Assembly (NCBI GenBank): GCA_040217195.1
Contig: JAVJNR010000004.1
Span: 928,001 to 992,000, forward strand
Length of the DNA: 64,000 bases
Direction of reading: 5' to 3'
Source of the DNA: Leptospiraceae bacterium
GTDB taxonomy: Bacteria; Spirochaetota; Leptospiria; Leptospirales; Leptonemataceae
In this document: in pieces, positions 59,323 through 64,000 of the stretch
Numbering within the stretch: the stretch's first letter is position 1
Layout: every line of letters starts with the position of its first letter
Translations under genes and position numbers: made by a program
Notes under the pieces: model-generated
The model's input: the letters and a program-made list of their open reading frames with translations, nothing else
Database searches by the model: none
Told to the model about the DNA's origin: nothing

Positions 59323-59583
59323 GCATATCTTCGAACTCAAAACAGGGCCCGGGAGAATAGACAAAGCCGGGCACTGATCAAATACAAATGAAGCCGATCC
59401 CGGATTATGCAACGAAGGAGCCAGAACGGTTCAAGAAGGAATTGGGATTCTAGATAATTGCACGTCCCGCTGGTGGCCACCGGGACGCAGGGGGGCATAG
59501 GGGTAGGACGGCCTGCAAAGGTAATATTAAGGAATGTAACTCTGAATGACTCGGGCCGAACTCTTTACTCAGAGGCGAATTGA

Positions 59584-59982
59584 ATGTCAGCAGAACACTA
59601 TGCAGAAGTAAACAAAGTAGAAGGCCCTTTCCGTGTGGAGTTTCAGGGCAATGTCCTGGCCGAATCGGATTATGCAATGGAATTGCAGGAGTATCATCCT
59701 AACTACGAATTCCAGCCAGTCTATTACCTTCCTTCAGATTCTTTGAACATGGAACATTTCTCGAGTAATCAACATCATACAAGCTGCCCCATAAAGGGAA
59801 AAGCATCCTATGTAGACCTGAAATCGAACTCAGGATCTGTGGAAAATATCGCCTGGACTTATCCGGAGCCTCTGGATTCTGTGAGCGAACTACAGGATAC
59901 CTATGCATTTGATACCGGCAAACAGGTAACCATCTACCGATCCGGGACTGCCATCGCTCATAAAAGTATTCGAAAAAAATGA
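59584..59982 (+). CDS. DUF427-family protein
   Basis: LAES, PVYYLP, TSCPIKGKASY, AWTYPEP. Confidence 0.88.
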   Translation: MSAEHYAEVNKVEGPFRVEFQGNVLAESDYAMELQEYHPNYEFQPVYYLPSDSLNMEHFSSNQHHTSCPIKGKASYVDLKSNSGSVENIAWTYPEPLDSVSELQDTYAFDTGKQVTIYRSGTAIAHKSIRKK

Positions 59983-60341
59983 TTTCTTTCGCCAGAGACT
60001 GGCCTCAGGATTGCCTTTGACCGGTCTCTGCAAAGCCGCGGGAACTACCTGGCCCGGGAATTGATTGATCTGCAGTTGCCGCCTGACCCGGTCGCTTAAC
60101 TACCGGATGCCAGAGCCATTGGAATTCCAGAGCTGCAAATCGGTGGGAATCCAGGTCACCGGAAGGCCGCGATGGCATGGCCCTGAACGGGAAGCCGTAG
60201 CGATTCCATTGGACTGCTTTGGCTGGATGGACCGGGCCCCGAAACTGTAGGATTCAAATCGATTGTGCTACTTTTTATCATCTCTATGAATGCGAATCAA
60301 TCGAGATCAAATGCGATCCAAAAAATCAGGGAACCAGACCT

Positions 60342-60827
60342 ATGAATAATTCCGGAAGCCGGGCACGATGGCCTTACATTCTCCTGGTGGTACCACCGCT
60401 ATTAATGATCCTGGGGTACTATCTGCATCATCGAGAAAGCAACATTCTGGCACGAATGGACAGTACCGTCGGCGAAGTGCGAAAATCGGAAGTCTACTCC
60501 CAGGGACATGGAGAGAGCACCACTTACCATCTGGATCTTGAATATCGATACACCGTAGATGAGCGGGACTTTATAGGCCGCAAGATCGGCATGGCCAACA
60601 TTATGTACGAGGAAAAGCAGGATGCAATGGATGCCCTTGCCAGGTTCCCCGTAGGTAAAGAACTTCAGGTCTTTTTTGATCCGGAAGATCCGGGCCTGGC
60701 CGTATTGACCAGGGAAGAACCGGACAATGGACTCATGACTATGACCATGGCCGGCATTCTTTTATTATTTCTGTGGCCCGTCGCATTTCTTTTTCTCTGG
60801 CAGGACAAGAAGAATCGAGCCAGCTAG
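60342..60827 (+). CDS. DUF3592-like membrane protein
   Basis: TM, YRYTVD, VFFDPEDP..AVL, TM. Confidence 0.75.
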   Translation: MNNSGSRARWPYILLVVPPLLMILGYYLHHRESNILARMDSTVGEVRKSEVYSQGHGESTTYHLDLEYRYTVDERDFIGRKIGMANIMYEEKQDAMDALARFPVGKELQVFFDPEDPGLAVLTREEPDNGLMTMTMAGILLLFLWPVAFLFLWQDKKNRAS

Positions 60828-60880
60828 GCCCTCATTAGATATTCGCCGCACCTCTTAATTTCTATTCTTCGAATCTCCAT

Positions 60881-63676
60881 TCAGGCAGATCTAACTTTAT
60901 GGATCTGTTCTTTGAGCTTTACGGCCTTTTCGTTCTCCGGTTCCGATTCCAGCACCTGTTCCAGAAAGCTCATGGCTCTGGAATGGTTTCCAAGAGCTGC
61001 ATAGATTCGTGCAAGATTCAATAGATATCTAGTATTATGGGGCTCCCTCAATCGAATCCGTTCACCATAATCTGCAGCCTTTTCTAGCTGACCCACTCTG
61101 GAAGCCGCATAGCTTACAGCATATAGCATCTCGGTGTCCGCTGGCTTTAGAAAAGAGTAATCCTCGGCAACACTCAATGCCCTGGAGTATTCCTTTCTGC
61201 GAAGGTAGGACTGGGCAAGCAACCGAATCAAAGAGGTCTCTCTGGTTTCTTCAATTTCAGCATCTTCCAGAAGATTGGAGACCTTAACAAAATCCCCGGC
61301 TCGATAGGACTGCATTGCCTGATCATGCAGAGCGGAGAACTTACTGGAAACATCCGGCCCGGGATTCACCAGGTCTTCCCGATAGCCAATGCGCAGAAGA
61401 GACAGATCATCGGTTAAATCTCCTTCAGACAGAAGAGATTCCACTATCGCTTCCAGATTGCCATTGGCCTGCTCAACATGCCTTAAGAATACATTTTCAT
61501 CGTGTTGCAGAGATTCGCTTCCATCTGTATTTTTAAGAAGTAGGTCATCCCGACCATCCGAACCTGCAATCAGTACATCACCGGGCTCCAGCTGGATAGT
61601 CTTAACGAAAATTGTACTGTCCACTCCCAGGGTTCCCAGCTTTCGAAAATCCAGATCAGATTCTATGAAGTCTGCTTTCTTATCCCGAAAGAGCACAGAC
61701 CAGGGGTGCTCTGCATTGATCATGTATACCAGGCCGCTATCATCGTCCACGAGGCCGAATACCAGAGAAATGAGCATGCTTCCATCAAATGTTTCGAACA
61801 CTTTATGCAGCTCAATGAAAGCATTCTTCAGCCATCGCTCCGGATGATGGCCGGACGCTTCGCCAGAAAGCATTGTACGGTCAACAATGGCTTCCAGAAC
61901 AGCTCCCAGAACCAGAGCTCCGCCAGCTCCCTGCATGGATTTACCCATTGCATCTGCATTCATGAACAGGGTATGCGGGCGGCCTTTAAGTTTTATGGAC
62001 TCTGCCATACATAGATCGCCTCCGATTTCATCGGCCCATTTTCGGAACTGAAAGTTTTTCTTTTGACGGATTACGAAATCCACGTTTACCGTTTCGCTTC
62101 TGGAACGATTCGCCTGGAGCGGCCTAAGCAGCAGGGAGGTAAGAAAGTAGTCACCATCCTGCTGGTCCTTCAGCTCCTGAACACGACTAAGAGTCTTTTG
62201 AAGCTCGGCTGTTCTTTCCTGGACTTTTTCTTCCAATCGATCGGCGTAATCTTTGAGCTTGGCCTGAGCATCTCGAATCGAAATAACCATACCATTAAAA
62301 TAGTGACCAAGCTGCCCGATTTCGTCTTCAACTCTGACACGCACATTGGCGCTTAAATCCCCTTCATCTACTTTTTTTACAGCACCCAGAAGTTCAAGAA
62401 GGGGTCGAATTAATGCGCCGGAAAAGAAAATCGGAAAACCAGCCAGGATTACAATAATGACGCTTAACAACAGAAGAGCCAGGGTTGAAGCTCCATCGTG
62501 AACGTACCTTCGATAGGCCAGATACGAAAAACCAACTTCAAAACTCTCCAGTGTATTCGTTTCGGTTTGTTCCTGAAGAACGTAACTCACATATCGCACC
62601 TGCCCGGTATCGCCGCCGTCAGCCGGCAGGGCCATCTGAAACGAACCAGACTGTAGATCTGATTGACTCTGCTGTGGTGTAGTAGAATGCCCATCCGCCG
62701 GCGCTTCATAGTCCTTTAAAAAAGAAAGGGAAGGTAAACTGGCCTGCCTGATTCTATCCCCCCCTGAGAAATAGTTGATTTCACCGTTTGAAGATCGAAG
62801 AAACATAGGTGCCACCAGTGGTTCTTTCAACCGACCATGGTAAGCTGCTCTTGCCTCTTTTTCACGAAGCTGATCGAATGCTCTGGTTCTTTCACCCAGT
62901 ACAGAAAAGCTAATTGCCTGCATTACCAGAAGCATGGTGACCATGCTAATACCAATTATTTTCGCCAGAAACGTGGTGCGATCCCTGGTATTGTTCATGT
63001 AGATGACAGTGGCGGCAAACAGGCCTATTACAACAGTAAGCGAAAATGTGGTCTGAAAAACATCTCTGCCTATGGCTCCCTCCCGGCTCATGGAGTTGGT
63101 CACCCCCTGGGCAAGCCCACAGAAGAACAGAACTACTACAAGGCCAAGAAGAGCCCATCGTTCACGTCCGCTGGTAACGATTAACTTTGCAATTCCTACG
63201 ACCAGCTGTATGGCGGAGTTCAACAAGATCACAACGGCCACAACTGCAGTTCCATCTTTAATTACGAAGTCCCAGTAATGACCATCAAAATGATAGGTTA
63301 CAGGAGCACCGATGGAAGAATAGAAAAAGAAGCCAGCTGCGAACGTTATTAGCAGTAATTGAATAGCAAGCAACACAGACGTAAAACGAGGCCAGCGATT
63401 TGTGGGATACCGCAGATATAGATGCGAAGGAAATACAGACATGGCCAGACCGAATGGAACCGTTATCCATCTATGATAGGCAGCCAGAGGTACCAGAAAG
63501 GAAGAGGAAACGAAATAGGCCACGTTCAACATGCCTGCGCAAATCAAAAGGCCTGCCATGTATCGCATGGTGGTGGAGCCACCCCGAACAAATAGAAAGT
63601 ACAGACCCATGGTTAGGCCCATGGTAAGGCCGATAATCGAGCTTACGGAATAATAGGTCAGAAAGAATGAATCCAT
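60881..63676 (-). CDS. multi-TM sensor-HAMP-SpoIIE(PP2C)-TPR phosphatase
   Basis: 7+ TM helices, DEIGQL..FN.M (HAMP), IGGD, DAMGKS, NAEHP, SDG, DDLS, C-terminal TPRs. Confidence 0.9.
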   Translation of the reverse strand: MDSFFLTYYSVSSIIGLTMGLTMGLYFLFVRGGSTTMRYMAGLLICAGMLNVAYFVSSSFLVPLAAYHRWITVPFGLAMSVFPSHLYLRYPTNRWPRFTSVLLAIQLLLITFAAGFFFYSSIGAPVTYHFDGHYWDFVIKDGTAVVAVVILLNSAIQLVVGIAKLIVTSGRERWALLGLVVVLFFCGLAQGVTNSMSREGAIGRDVFQTTFSLTVVIGLFAATVIYMNNTRDRTTFLAKIIGISMVTMLLVMQAISFSVLGERTRAFDQLREKEARAAYHGRLKEPLVAPMFLRSSNGEINYFSGGDRIRQASLPSLSFLKDYEAPADGHSTTPQQSQSDLQSGSFQMALPADGGDTGQVRYVSYVLQEQTETNTLESFEVGFSYLAYRRYVHDGASTLALLLLSVIIVILAGFPIFFSGALIRPLLELLGAVKKVDEGDLSANVRVRVEDEIGQLGHYFNGMVISIRDAQAKLKDYADRLEEKVQERTAELQKTLSRVQELKDQQDGDYFLTSLLLRPLQANRSRSETVNVDFVIRQKKNFQFRKWADEIGGDLCMAESIKLKGRPHTLFMNADAMGKSMQGAGGALVLGAVLEAIVDRTMLSGEASGHHPERWLKNAFIELHKVFETFDGSMLISLVFGLVDDDSGLVYMINAEHPWSVLFRDKKADFIESDLDFRKLGTLGVDSTIFVKTIQLEPGDVLIAGSDGRDDLLLKNTDGSESLQHDENVFLRHVEQANGNLEAIVESLLSEGDLTDDLSLLRIGYREDLVNPGPDVSSKFSALHDQAMQSYRAGDFVKVSNLLEDAEIEETRETSLIRLLAQSYLRRKEYSRALSVAEDYSFLKPADTEMLYAVSYAASRVGQLEKAADYGERIRLREPHNTRYLLNLARIYAALGNHSRAMSFLEQVLESEPENEKAVKLKEQIHKVRSA

Positions 63677-64000
63677 TGGCCTGAATTATTGAGCCTCCGG
63701 ATAACGGGTCAAGTGGCCTTTTCTATTTGCTCAGATTTGCTTGTTAAAAGATGCGCTGCCAGGACGTCGCCGGCAGTACCAAAGTCCATGCTCCCATCGG
63801 CGTACTAGCTGGAGTGGATCAAAGTTTGTGTAACAGCTGTAATAGAGTCGTAGATCAGGAAACTCGGAAGACCTGTTGGAGTGTTCGCCGGGGAGTTGCT
63901 CCATTCGGTGGTGGATCCTCTCGGTCGTGGATGCTTTCGGTGGATGAACCGCCAAAGACATCAATCGCTTTGAGCCCTATCGCCGAATTAATAATCAAAA

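Noticed and set aside
63731..64000. 77-aa ORF or partial gene at the right edge
   Set aside because: No motif or RBS and alternative frames are equally weak; cannot be supported

Overview
Gene-dense bacterial chromosomal window of roughly balanced GC. It is probably from a spirochaete of the Leptospiraceae; this is an inference from many spirochaete-type lipoprotein signal peptides, a CheX-like gene, stand-alone cNMP and STAS proteins, and a membrane HAMP-PP2C-TPR protein. Housekeeping content includes gltX, glmS, a GlmM/PMM-type mutase, xseB, dinB, ttcA, an RlmD-like methyltransferase, a NagZ-like GH3, a biotin carboxylase-BCCP fusion and tRNA-Leu(GAG). No integrase, transposase, CRISPR array or rRNA was seen. 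The most interesting loci are: (1) an operon for an Ig-like/BPI(TULIP)-like lipoprotein, a very large lipoprotein and a FadL-family barrel, under a palindromic operator and flanked by lipid-related genes (a candidate surface lipid-capture system); (2) a C39-like peptidase / RimK-like ATP-grasp / GCS2 ligase / formylglutamate amidohydrolase cluster interrupted by a gene for a secreted Glu-rich protein with KGKPDxAGPPDG repeats; (3) a cupin-HNH-HIT module near the tRNA; (4) a NifS-like protein lacking the catalytic Cys; (5) a HiPIP lipoprotein behind a perfect 7-1-7 box; and (6) a structured intergenic RNA candidate. All family assignments come from motifs read by eye, not from database searches.
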